From positions 1 to 64,000 of the IMG/VR virus record IMGVR_UViG_3300013901_000014: a stretch of 64,000 bases of DNA; one strand, written 5' to 3'. How positions within the stretch are numbered: the first letter of the stretch is position 1; every line of letters starts with the position of its first letter. The position numbers and the translations under genes were made by a program. Of the stretch, positions 7,468-19,400 are shown one piece after another. Source of the DNA: a virus (Duplodnaviria; Caudoviricetes). The notes below the pieces were generated by a model. That model had not been told where the DNA came from. It was given only the letters and a program-made list of their open reading frames with translations, and made no database searches.

Positions 7468-10400
7468 ATGGCATACGACAGACTTTATAAACTATATGAC
7501 GCTCTTAAGGAACAGAATGCGACGAGCGTTGACAGAGAAGCATTCCACAAGCAGATGTCTGCGCCCGGATTCGAGGGCTACCAGAACCGCCTGCAGCTGT
7601 ACAAAGAGCTGAAAGCCAACGGCTACGTTGACTACCCAAACTATGAGACGTTTTCGGCGGAGCTGGGCATGCACGCGGCTGCGCCCGCCAAGGGAGCGCA
7701 GAAACATCAGCAAAGGCAGCAGACAACGCCTGCCAAACCGCAGTCCGCGAAGCCGCAGCCCACGAAGCCGCAGCAGGGGTGGACGGCGGCGCAGCGCAAG
7801 CAGGCGGAGGCGCAGCTGGAGCAAAACGCTTATGACAACGCGCGCCTCAGCCGGCAGTGGCAGCAGCAGTCGCAGAACGCCAAGCGCATGCAGCAGCGGG
7901 CGAAGCACATAGGCACTGACTTCACAGGCGACTTTCGCGCCAAGGCGGAGGCGCGGATGGCTGGCATAGCGACCCCAGAGCCTAATATGATAGGCAGCTC
8001 AAACAACGCCGCCAAGGCCACGGGCGTAGTGATAGGCGACGACGGCAGGGCGTACAATCAGTATGAGACTGATGACGGCTCACTGACGACCAACGTCGGT
8101 GACGTGATACGGGCTAACGAGACGCGCAATCTGCGTGAGAGGCTTAACCGCCACGGCCTTGACCCTGAAAATGTGACAGACGACGACATCATGAAGATGT
8201 ATGCTGACGAGGCGTACGACGCTGCGCTGCGAGCAGACAAGACGGCTAACCAGCAGGCCGTGGACGAGGACGCGGGCCGCACGCCGCTTGAGACGATGAG
8301 GCGTGCCGTGGCCAACTACGATGACCTTGATGATGAGTATAGCGATGTTGAGCGCGAAGTCAAGCGCGCCCAGCGCATCAACCCCGACGCGATGGTGGCG
8401 GAGACGCTGCGCAGAATGCCGCCCAGCGTGCTGAGTAGGCTCAGGCGGCAGTACGGCTTATATTACGAGCAGCACCCTAAGGAGTTGAAAAGGGGGCAGA
8501 ACGCGCAGCAGGCGGCTGAAGAGGCCATCAAGGGCAGCATCTATCAGCACGTGTACAACAAGCTTGTCGCAGCCAACGCGCCCAAGTCGACGCTCGAGTA
8601 TCTTATGCGCAAGATTGCCGACCAGCCGCTGTACTCGCAGCACATTGCCAACCAGACCGCGGCAGGCGCGATAACGGGCAATCACGCGCAGTATCTTGCT
8701 GACGAGCAGGCGATGAGCGCCTATGAGAACGAGCACCCCGTGACTGGCTTCTTCGGCACCGTGGGCAACATGGCCGCAGACCCGACAATGTACATCGGCG
8801 GCTGGGTCGGCAGCATGGCGAGCAAGGCCGTGGCGCGCGGAATAGGCCGCGCGGTGGTGAAGGGCGCGAGCGAGAAGATGGCCGAGCGGCTTGCGGGCCG
8901 CACACTGGCCGGGCGCATAGCGCAAGGCGTGGCGGCCGGCGCGGGCAATCTTGGCTTCTATGAGGGCTCGCACGCGGCGCTGCGGCAAGACCGCACGGGC
9001 GAGCACAGCATAGGCGATGTGCTTGCGGCAACCGGCCGCGGCGTGCTGCTGGGAGCCGCAACCGGTGTCGCCGCACCGCTCATCGGCAACGTTGCCGACA
9101 AGGTGGTGGCACGCACCGCCAGCACCGGCGGCAAGTTGGCCGTGCGGACGGGCGAAACCGCCACATCGGTGCTTGCCGAGGGCACGATATTCGCCGCGCC
9201 CGAACTGATTGAGAACGCACGACTCGCAGACGGAGACCCCAACAAGCGCAGCGGCTGGAGCATCTGGGCGGGAAGCCTGGGCACGATGGCCGGCTTCAAG
9301 GGCAAGCACCTGATTGAGAGCGCACCGCGCGTGCTGGCAGAGTTGCGCACCGACGGGGCACGCCGCGGAGTGGGCTTCGAGGGCCGTTTGCGCAACATGC
9401 TCGACCGCACGCCCGCCGACCTGCAGATGACCAATGCCGACCTGCAAGAGCTGCGCGACCGCGGATATGGAGGACTGGCAGACCTTTATGCGCAGGTGCG
9501 CCCGCCCAAACTCCCATCCACACCGCCCGAGTTTCGCACCACTCCACCGCCACTGAAGGACTATGCCCAGTATGCGCAGCCCGAGGAGCTCGGCAAGAAC
9601 AAGGACAAAGACCTTGACGGCTACTCAGCCATGCAACGGCTGATGGACGACCACAGCGTGAGCGCGGCTGTGCGCGCGAAAGCCTACTATCTGCTGACCG
9701 GCAAGATGCTGCCGATGCCCTCTGTGCTGTCGTATGACCGCACAGCCAACGATGACGGCACGATAACCATCACCGCGCTGGGAGCCGAAAACCCAATACC
9801 GGCATACGGCAGCGGCCCTAAAAGCAAGATGCAGGAGATGGGTGCTGACGTGGTTGTTCGCAAGACGTTCAAGAGTGCGAAAGAGGCCGATGTGTATGAG
9901 GCAAAAGTGCGTAGACAGATTGAGCTAAACACCGTGGACGTGGGCGAGCAGCTGCGAGAGGCACAAGTTCAAGACGATGCGCTCGATGCAGCCATAGACG
10001 CGGTGTATCCGGAAGGAAACCACGAGCTGCTGAAGAACCAGTACTGGAGCGGCAGGGTGAAGAGTATAAAGGACGCCATCGACAAGTATCTTGAGAGTCA
10101 ACTCACCGCCAACTCGCCGCACAATCCTCACACCATAAGGCGCGGCATAGAGGAGGAGTATGGCGTTGACATCGACAAGGCGCTGAAGAAGGAGCCTAAC
10201 CGCCGCACACAAGCCGAGGTGGAAGCCGTGCAGGAGTACGCCAACGAACTGTACAACTTCGGCGGCAGAGAGGAAACAGTCGAAAATGCCCAAGTTGGCG
10301 GTAGTGGCCAAGCTGGAGTGCCGCCCGCTGCTGGTGCCACATCGGAGGAGGCAGCCAAGTCCACAACCGAGAACGCCGCCGAACAGGCGCACGAGGAAGG

Positions 10401-13400
10401 GAAGAAGGCGTGGACCGACAACGACGGAGCAGACGACGACACTGCGCTGCAGGGTGCGGTAGACGAAAAGGCCGCACGCGCGCATGCAGCGCTCGACCGC
10501 TTGAACGAGTTATTTGACGAGGAGGCGGTGTCTGTCATCAAGGAAGACCCCAACGCCATGCTGAGTTCTCCAGCGCTGAGCGAGGAGCACAGGGCCGCCA
10601 TACAAGAGTATATCGAGGCCATGGCGGGGCTTGACGGCGTTAAAGAGGCCGCTCAGAAGGCTGCCGAGCAGAACCAGGCCGAGGTGGAGAACGAGGTTGT
10701 GAAGAGCACCAACAAGGAAACAAAGCTGCTGATGCCCGCCACCATGAAGGACGACAGCGGCAAGCTGGTGAGCATCTATGTTGTCGACGGCAAGCTGGTG
10801 CTGAACACCTCAGGCGGCATCGACACGCAGAAGTCAGCACAGACAATAGTAGTGTACGACCCGAATACGGGCAAGTACCGCTTCGTTGACCCGCACGACA
10901 TTCTCGAGCTTGGTCTGCCGGTATCGCCCGACACTGCCGTGCAGTCGGCCATAGACGCGATACAGCAGCGCCACAACGGCATATTCGACCACGCAGAGCA
11001 GGCCGCCCGGCAGCAGAAGTCGCTGCCCGCGCCCACAGCAGAGGGAGGTGAAGGGCCGAAGCCGCCGCGTGGACGCAAGATGGTGGTGAAATGTCTGCGA
11101 GAACTGTCAGAGGCCAAGAAGCCAATCGACAAGCTGAATGCCATCGCCAGAATTTTGTATACTGTGAAATATGGCAGTGAGGGCATAATTACACCCGAGG
11201 AGCAGGCTCTTGTCGACAAGACGCTCGCTGAACTGAAAGAAGAGGGCTACGAGATTGTGGATAAGTGGGAAGGACAGCCTTATGACGAAGGGATGAAATT
11301 AAGCTCCGATACCGAGTTTAAACTCGTTGAAGGCGAGAACATATGGGGAGTGCAAGATGGCGAGACTAAGATTGTTGGGCTGAACAAACCCGAGGTCTGG
11401 AACATGAAAGAGGAGACCACTCAATACCGCATTGGCCCTAATGGCGAGCGCATTCCCTACAAGACAAAGGGCAGACGCTTGCAGAGCGCCGCCGCTATTG
11501 TTGTCACGCGCGATGACACCGGCTGGTCGGTTACAGCGAGACGACTTGAAGAGGTCAAGGGGCGCTTGGAGCGGCTCAAGAAGGGCCAAGCGCCCACCAA
11601 GGTTATTGAGCATCTTGAGAAAGACGTGGCCGGCCTTGAGCGCCAGTTAGCCGAAGAAAAGAAGCAGGCGGCAGCGCGAGACAAGCTGAAAAGTTTGTTT
11701 ACGAATGAAGAAATTACGGCCATTAGAAAAGACCCATACGCAATGCTCGATTCGCCCGGCTTGAGCGAGGAGCACAGGGCCGCTATCCGCGAATATATAG
11801 AAGCGTACAACATCAAGAGAAAGGAACCTGAAGGCGAAGCCAGTGCTACTGGCGAGGGCATGACCGGAAGCGAGAGTACTCCTGCTCCTGAAGAGAAGCA
11901 GCCCATTCAGATGGGCTCAGGTGCGCTTGGGAGCATTCCGAAGAACGAGAAGGGCGAGCCGGTGTATGAGCAAGCCGAGCCTTCGACGGCCTGGCAGGCC
12001 ATATTAGAGCAGACTGAGGGCGACACAGACATGGCGGCCGGTGTGGTCGACAGCATGATTGCCGACAAGGAGGCCGCGGTGAAGAAGGCGAAGAAGGCCA
12101 AGCCGAAGCACGCTGACACCATTGCGGGCAAGATTGCCGCTGAGAAGGAGCGCAAGGCCGCCATCGAGCGTGCCAAGGCCGAGCTTGAGGCGTGGAAGAA
12201 GATTGCCGCCGCCAAGGCCGGGCACGAGAAAGCCGTGGCCGAGCGCAAAGCGGCTGAGGCGAAACAGCAGGAGGCAGAACAACAGACGGTGCAAGGACAG
12301 CCGACAGAACCAAAGCAAGAAGAACAGCCAAAGGCTGATGATGAGGACGCAGCAGAGCGAGCCATTGCTGTCGAAACTGATTGGAACGACAAAATTGACG
12401 ACTATATAGTAGAGCATTATCCGCACATAGACGGGACACGCGCACGCACTCCAGAGGAGCAAAAGCTGTATGATGCAGAACGCGAGGCTTTGAAGAATGA
12501 CAAGACTTATAAAGAAATGATCGCAGCACGTGATGCTGCAATAGAAAAAACTGAGGAGACGAAGCAGCAAGAACAGGAGCGGCACGAGGCCGCCGTGGAC
12601 CAGGCGGAGCAACCCACTAAACCCGAGAAAGCAGACAAGCCGGTTAAGGCTGAGCCGACAGAGGCCAAAGAGGGAAAGCAGAGCACCGAAGCCGAGGGAG
12701 AGAAACCCGACGGGCAAAATGATGGAGCCGACAGTGAGATGCCTGAGGCTGGCGAAGGCGAGGACGCGGGGAAAAATCCGTCACTGGGAGATGTGATAAG
12801 CACGCTCTATGGAAAGGGAAAGGATTTCGCGTCAAGGATTTTCAATATGAAATTCTTTGATTTTGCAAAGACGCCAGACTTCATGAAGCGACTTGGAATA
12901 ACTGGCTCGAAATTCACAATAAGATATGGCGTGATAGCGCGTCACTTCGGCAAAGACGGCTCTCATGACTTCACACAATCGGAGTGGGAGCAGCTGCCCA
13001 ACGCCATAGGACACCCATTTGCAATCACACGGCTGGCTGATAAGGAGAAGGGATTTCGCATATACACTACGTTTAAGACCGAGAAAGGCGAGTATGTTGT
13101 GGTTGGCGTTGATGTGAAGAATGCTGGGCGTGATGTGGAGGTGAACGCAATCTCTACATTATTTGGCCGCAGAAATGGCGCGCACCTATCGGAAAATGAG
13201 CAGGTGGTGTATAGAAGCGAAATAATAACTCCCGAACAGGAGTCACTTCTCAGCCGGCCCAATTCCGACCAATATCCACCTGAACGGGAGTCTTCTGAAG
13301 GCAAAGATAACGCAAGCGGGGCAGACACGCAAGAGGGCGGCGGAAAATCTGCCGTGGCGGTGAAGGAAAAGCCGGAGGAGAAGCCGAAAAAGGACGATGA

Positions 13401-16400
13401 CGACGACGGACCGGACGGGCCCACTGCCGGCGGTGCGGCCACGGGCGGCAAGGGCAAGCCGGAAAGCGACTCTGAAAGCGAGGAGGTTAAGAAGCTCCGC
13501 AAGGAATACGATGAGGCGTGTGACCATTTGGAGGATGTGATGACCGAATGGGACGACAAAATAATTGACTATATCGCTGAGCACTATCCGACTCAAGCCA
13601 CCGTTAGTGCTGAGACAAGGTCGCCTAAGGGCATAAAAGAGCGTGAGGCGATGGACAATGATCCTGTCCTGAAAAAGATGCGCGAGGAGCGTAACGCCGC
13701 TGTTAAGAAAGCCGATGAGGAGCGCTATAAGGCATTTAAAAGAATGGACGCGGCAGAGACGGGCAAGGGTGAGCAAGAGCCGGCAAGCCCGTCGGCCGCG
13801 GCAGAGCAGAAGAAGCCTGCCGAGAGGAAGATTGAGGACGTGGGCGAGCACATTGCCGGTGCGCGCAAGGACGCACTGGCCGAGCTGTCGCAGAGCGTGG
13901 CCGACGTGACGCTGGAGAGCCTGATAGAGCTGCCTGCGTCTAAGGCGTTTAAGCGGCCCGACCTGAAGAGGGCGGTGAAGGAGGGCGTGCTGCGCGAGGA
14001 GGACGCGCGGTTTGCCGAGGCGGTGATGGCCGCGTATCTGGGAGCCGCGAAGCCGAAACTGAAGGAGGGCTACAGGCGCGCCAAGAGCGAGGCTGCGGTG
14101 CGGGCGTGGGCCGAGCACGCCAAGGAGGGCGTGGACTTGCTGGCCAAGCTGTTCTCGCTTGACGAGAAGGGACGCGACAAATACATGGCCGAGGTGCGCG
14201 CCCGCAAGATGTACAGCGAGGAAGAGGTGCGGGAGCGCCAGCGGCAGCTGGAGCAGTGGAACCCCGGCAAGAAGTTCAACGGAACGTGCTATCCGCTGAA
14301 CCCGGTGGACGTGATGGCGCGCGTGATGGAGCGGCTGGGCTATGAGGCCGGGGCCAAGGTGGCGCTTCCGGTTGTGGCGGCTGCGCCCGACAGCGGCTTT
14401 GGCTATTATGTGCTGACTACGCGCAACGGCAAGACGTACTACCCCGGCAGGTGGCTGACGACCATTGACGATGTGGTGGACGAGATTGTGTATGCGGCCA
14501 AGGTGGAGAACGCGGACCCCGACACCGACCACCCCGCGGGCAAGTTCTCGGTGAAGGGTGTGGGCGAGGTGCTGACGGAGCACACCGGCAAATGGACCGT
14601 GATAACTCAGCGCAGCCTCAGTGCGCGGGTTGAACAGCACACGTTCGGCTCAAAGGAGGAGGCCGAGGCGTTTGCGGAGAAGTACAAGGCGGGCGGCAAG
14701 AACCGTTATGCCTCAGCGCCGGAAGAAGAGGTGCGCGCTGCCGGCTACACACAATACGAGATAGTGTACCGGCACGACAGCCCCACCAAGGGGACGGGTG
14801 TGTACATGCCCACGGGCAAGATGTACGGCTCTCTTGAGGAGGCTCGCGCAGCCATTGACGGGGAGCATGACGAGTTGAACGGCATTGTGAACGCCAAGTT
14901 GGCCGAGGAGAAGGGCAAAGGCGGTGAAGGCAGGAAGAAGGACTATGTGAAGATAGTGTTGTACACCGAGGACGGGCGGACGTGGAAATACGGTGTTGTG
15001 CTGGATGACAAATATGCGCCCAAGAAGACTTCGACCGGCTCCATGCCGTTCTACCTTGGTGACGGCTTCGGCACGCGGAAGGAGGCGCAGGCATTTGTGG
15101 ATAAGCACCGCGAGGAGTGGGACGCCAAAATAGCAGACATAGAGAAGGCGCGCCGCGACTTTGTGTATTTCAAAGGCACCGGCGAGCGCACCGGCCAGGA
15201 CTGGCGCAAGGGTGCTGACGTGAGTGCGGAGCAACTGATGGAGCAGTTCGGCTTCCGCGGCGTGCAGTTTGGCAACTGGACCAACCAGCGCGACCGGCAG
15301 GCTGCGGTGAACGGTGCCTTTGACGCCCTTATGGACTTGGCGCAGATATTGGGAGTGTCGCCGCGCGCGCTGAGCCTGAACGGCGAGCTTGGCCTTGCGT
15401 TCGGCTCGCGCGGCGGCGGCAGCGCGAAGGCCCACTACGAGCCGGACGAGGTGGTGATTAACCTCACCAAGACACAGGGGGCGGGCTCGCTGGCCCACGA
15501 GTGGTGGCATGCGCTGGACAACTACTTCGCGCGCCACGGCAACGTGAAGGGCGGCATGGTGACCGAGTCGAAGGGCATAGCGATGCGCGACGAGCTGCGG
15601 GAGGCGTTCAACGCCCTCATCGACAGCGTGGCGGGCAGCGACTACAACATCCGCTCGCGCCAGCGCGGCGCCAGCTATTGGGGCCGGCCCGCTGAGGAGA
15701 CCGCGAGGCTGTTTGCCGCGTGGGTGAGCGACGAGCTGCAGAAGCGCGGCTTGTCGAGTCCGTTCCTTTCTGACACCGACCCCGGTGCTGCCGAGCGGTA
15801 TGCCGAGATGATGTATCGCTTATACAAGGCGATGTATGAGAGTCGCAAGGCGGAGACCGGCGGCAAGGCGATGACTTTTGAGGAGTTCAAGAAGACGCCG
15901 CTGGCTCTGAGCGGGTTTGTGTTTCCCGGCACGGAGGAGCTTGCGGCATTCGGCGGGCATCTGCGAAACATCTTCAACACAGTTCAGGAGAAGGTGGACG
16001 GGCAGACCGGCAAGACGCTGCTGTATCACCGCGGTCCGGTGGTGGCCGAGCCCAACGAGGCCGAGCAGGCTCTGCTGGAGGCGGTGAACGGTGTGCTGAA
16101 GGACACCGGCATCGAGGTGGTGACCGACACGGACGAGGGCCAGAAAGTGCTGGACGCGGCCAACGGGAATGATGTCAAGCTGGAGGCGAGCCACAGAAGC
16201 GGGGAAGCGGAGGAGCGCAACAAGATGTGGCGCCTCATAGACCGCGCAACGGCCATGTTTACAGGCAAAACAGAGAAGGAGGCGCGTGAGGCCCGCCGCA
16301 AGGAGATGCAAAAAATCACTGCTGAGAGGAAAGAAATGTACGACAGGGTTTTGTCGGGAAACTTCGATGAAGTAACTTTGCGGCAGATAGACAACTACAT

Positions 16401-19400
16401 CGATAATTTCTCACCCTACAACAATGAATGGAGACCAATTTCTAAACGACTTCCACAGAAGGCACTACGAGGCTTGCGAAAAGGAGAACGCGCGAGTGCG
16501 GTCGATGTACTTTTCTCACGAATATCTGAAAGCGCAGTCCCAAAGAATGAACGAGCTGGTGCAGAAGGAAAGAGAAGAATTGAGGAGAAAAAGAAAGAAC
16601 TCCTCAAAAAGTGGGCAATAGCCACCGGCAACTGGCACACAAGTGTGTCGGACTTCACCGATGCCAAAGAGCCGCTTGGCAGCGGAAAAGACTCTGACGT
16701 ATACCAGTCCAAAGACGGAAAGCACGTAATCAAAGTGTCGAAAGGCAAGGACGGCCTTAAGAAGTTCCGCCCCGACATTGATGCTGTAACGCTGTTCAAC
16801 TACATATTCCCTGAAAGTAGATACGAGATTCTGGGCTATGGCGAGGTTGACGGCAAGTTCGTGAAGTTCCTCAAGCAGCCAGTAGTGGACTTCACCGGCA
16901 GCAAACCGCTGTCGGCGGAGGAGCGTGTCGCCTATATGGCCGACATGGGCTTCAAGCCCGTCAACAAGGAGAAGACCGCTTTCAGCAACGGCACTATCGT
17001 GGTTGCCGACCTGCAGGGCAACAACATCGTCAGAGACAAGTCGGGCAACATCCGCGTGATTGACGCAGACGTGAAGCTGCACACCAAGGACTTTGGCGGG
17101 CAGTACAGCTATCCGCCCGTTGAGGCCGACACCGCCCTGCCTCAAGCCAACAACGGCGGCAATGAAAAGCCGCGCATGCAGAAGGTGTACCACGGCAGTG
17201 GGGCGGACTTCGACGAGTTCGACAACTCGCACATGGGCGAGGGCGAAGGCGCGCAGGCATACGGCTGGGGCACATACGTGACCGAGGTTGAGGGAATTGG
17301 CCGGACTTATGCGAAAGCGACTGCCCGTTATGATGACAACTCGTCGGAGGAAGTGCTGAATAGGGTCGAATCTTTGGCCGCAGATTTGATTAAAGACCGC
17401 TTCGGCTTTAGGCCGGGGCTTAGCGTTTCGGCCCGCGGTGACAACTACGACTTGGAAATTCCATCGGACAAAAAGACACTGGAGCAGATTAAATCATATT
17501 TCGACGAGTATCCGTATATGTGGAATGCGAAAGTCGACAGGGAATTGAGTTCGTTCAATCTGGACGATGCCGCTTCAAGAAGAGAGTTTGCCAACTGGGT
17601 TTATGAAATTGTTGAGCCGTTTGCGGCGGACGCCGTAGGCTATGCGCAGAAAGAAGAGACCGCCTCCCGCCACCTCTATACTGTTGAAATTCCCGATGAC
17701 AACGGCGAGAACTATATTGATTATAATGGCAGGATAAGCGACATTCCATCACAGAAAATAGATGCAATATGCACGGAGCTTGAAAAACTCGGATGGAAAC
17801 GTAAGGACTTGCCGAGCATGGTAAGGCTCACGGATGGCTATGGCAATATAGTACTTAATCCCAATGCTGCGGGAGCAGACCTCTACGAGGAGATTAAGGT
17901 TGCGTTGAAGAGTCAGAAACTGGCGAGCGAACTGCTGTCAAGAGCCGGCTTTGCCGGCATAAAATACCCTGCTGAGTATATGAGCGGCGGGCGCAAGGAC
18001 GGCGCCAAGAACTATGTGATTTTCAACGAGAAGGACGCAAGGATAACCGACCACGTGCGGTTTTTCCGCACGTCCGGCGGCGAGGCCTACGGCTTCACGG
18101 TGGGCGGCAAGATATACGTGGACCCGCGCATAGCCACTGCCGACACGCCGATACACGAGTACGCCCACCTGTGGGGCGACATGATGCGCCGCGTCAACCC
18201 CAAGGCGTGGGGCGACATCGTGCGCCTGATGAAGGGCAAGGGCGGCCTTTGGGACTGGGTGAAGAAGAACTACCCGGAGCTGGAGACCGACGACGAGGTG
18301 GCCGACGAGGTGCTGGCGCAGTTCTCGGGCAAGCGCGGAGCCGAGCGGCTGCGCGAGGAGATGCGCAAGACTGCCGAGGGCAGCGGCAGCATAACCGAAA
18401 AGGCCAAAGCCATAAGCGCGCTGCAGCGGGTGAAGGAGGCCCTTGGCAGGTTTTGGCGCGGAGTGGCCGAGCTGCTGCACATACGCTTCACCACGGCCGA
18501 GGAGGTGGCCGACCGCGTGATGGCCGACCTGCTGCACGGCGTGGACCCGCGCAAGGTCTCTAACGACAACAGATACAACGAGTTTGCCGAAAAACACAAA
18601 GTAGACGCAAACGAGGTGAAGGACTATGCCACTGCCATTAAGGATGGCAACCTGATGGCCGCCAATAGGGCATTAAGTGAAATTCGCCGCACTTTGCGAG
18701 TGGCGCACAGGGAAATGAACCTGCAAGAGTTCGGCAAATTCTTTCGGCCAATAAATCAAGAACTGGCAGAGCGGTTCGGCGATATTGAAAAATTGCGTCA
18801 AGAACACATTGCAGCTGCAGAGCGAGAGCACAACGCTATGGAGGCTGCACGCAAGAAAGCCGAAGAGGAGGAAGCAAAGAAGAGGAAGCGTCAGGAAGAA
18901 TTGTCAATGCTCACTGCCGACGAGATAGACAAACGCTATGCGGAAGCCCTTGAAAGAGGCGACGAGGCGGCGGCAAGAGAGATGCTTGACGAGGCTGCAC
19001 GCCGCAATGGATATGGCGACACGGAGAGCGACTACCAGGGCGTGGGCGCATGGGTGGCCCCTTCCAACCCAGGCTATGAGAGTGATGAGGCGCGACGCGC
19101 CGATGTTGAGGACAATGCGCCTGACGTGAATTTGGAGGACATGGCGTTAGGGTACAACCTACAGCCGGATGACTATTTTACGCACCCGGAGCGTTACTCA
19201 CAGGACACGCCGCACGGACGGGAGTCGACGCAAGCCATACACGCCGCACTCGAAGCGCTGAAGAGAGGCGACAAGGATGTGAAGGTGAAGGTGTACAGAG
19301 CCGTGCCGACATCGGTGAAAGAGGGAAGTCTGAGAAACGGCGACTGGGTGACCCCATCGAGAAAGTATGCCGAGATGCACGGAAAGAGCAGGCTGGAAGG

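Noticed and set aside
17120-17145. TTGAGGC/GCCTCAA inverted repeat after the kinase domain as another antisense sRNA
   Set aside because: Only 7 bp and no adjacent reverse TAnnTTTG or U tract.
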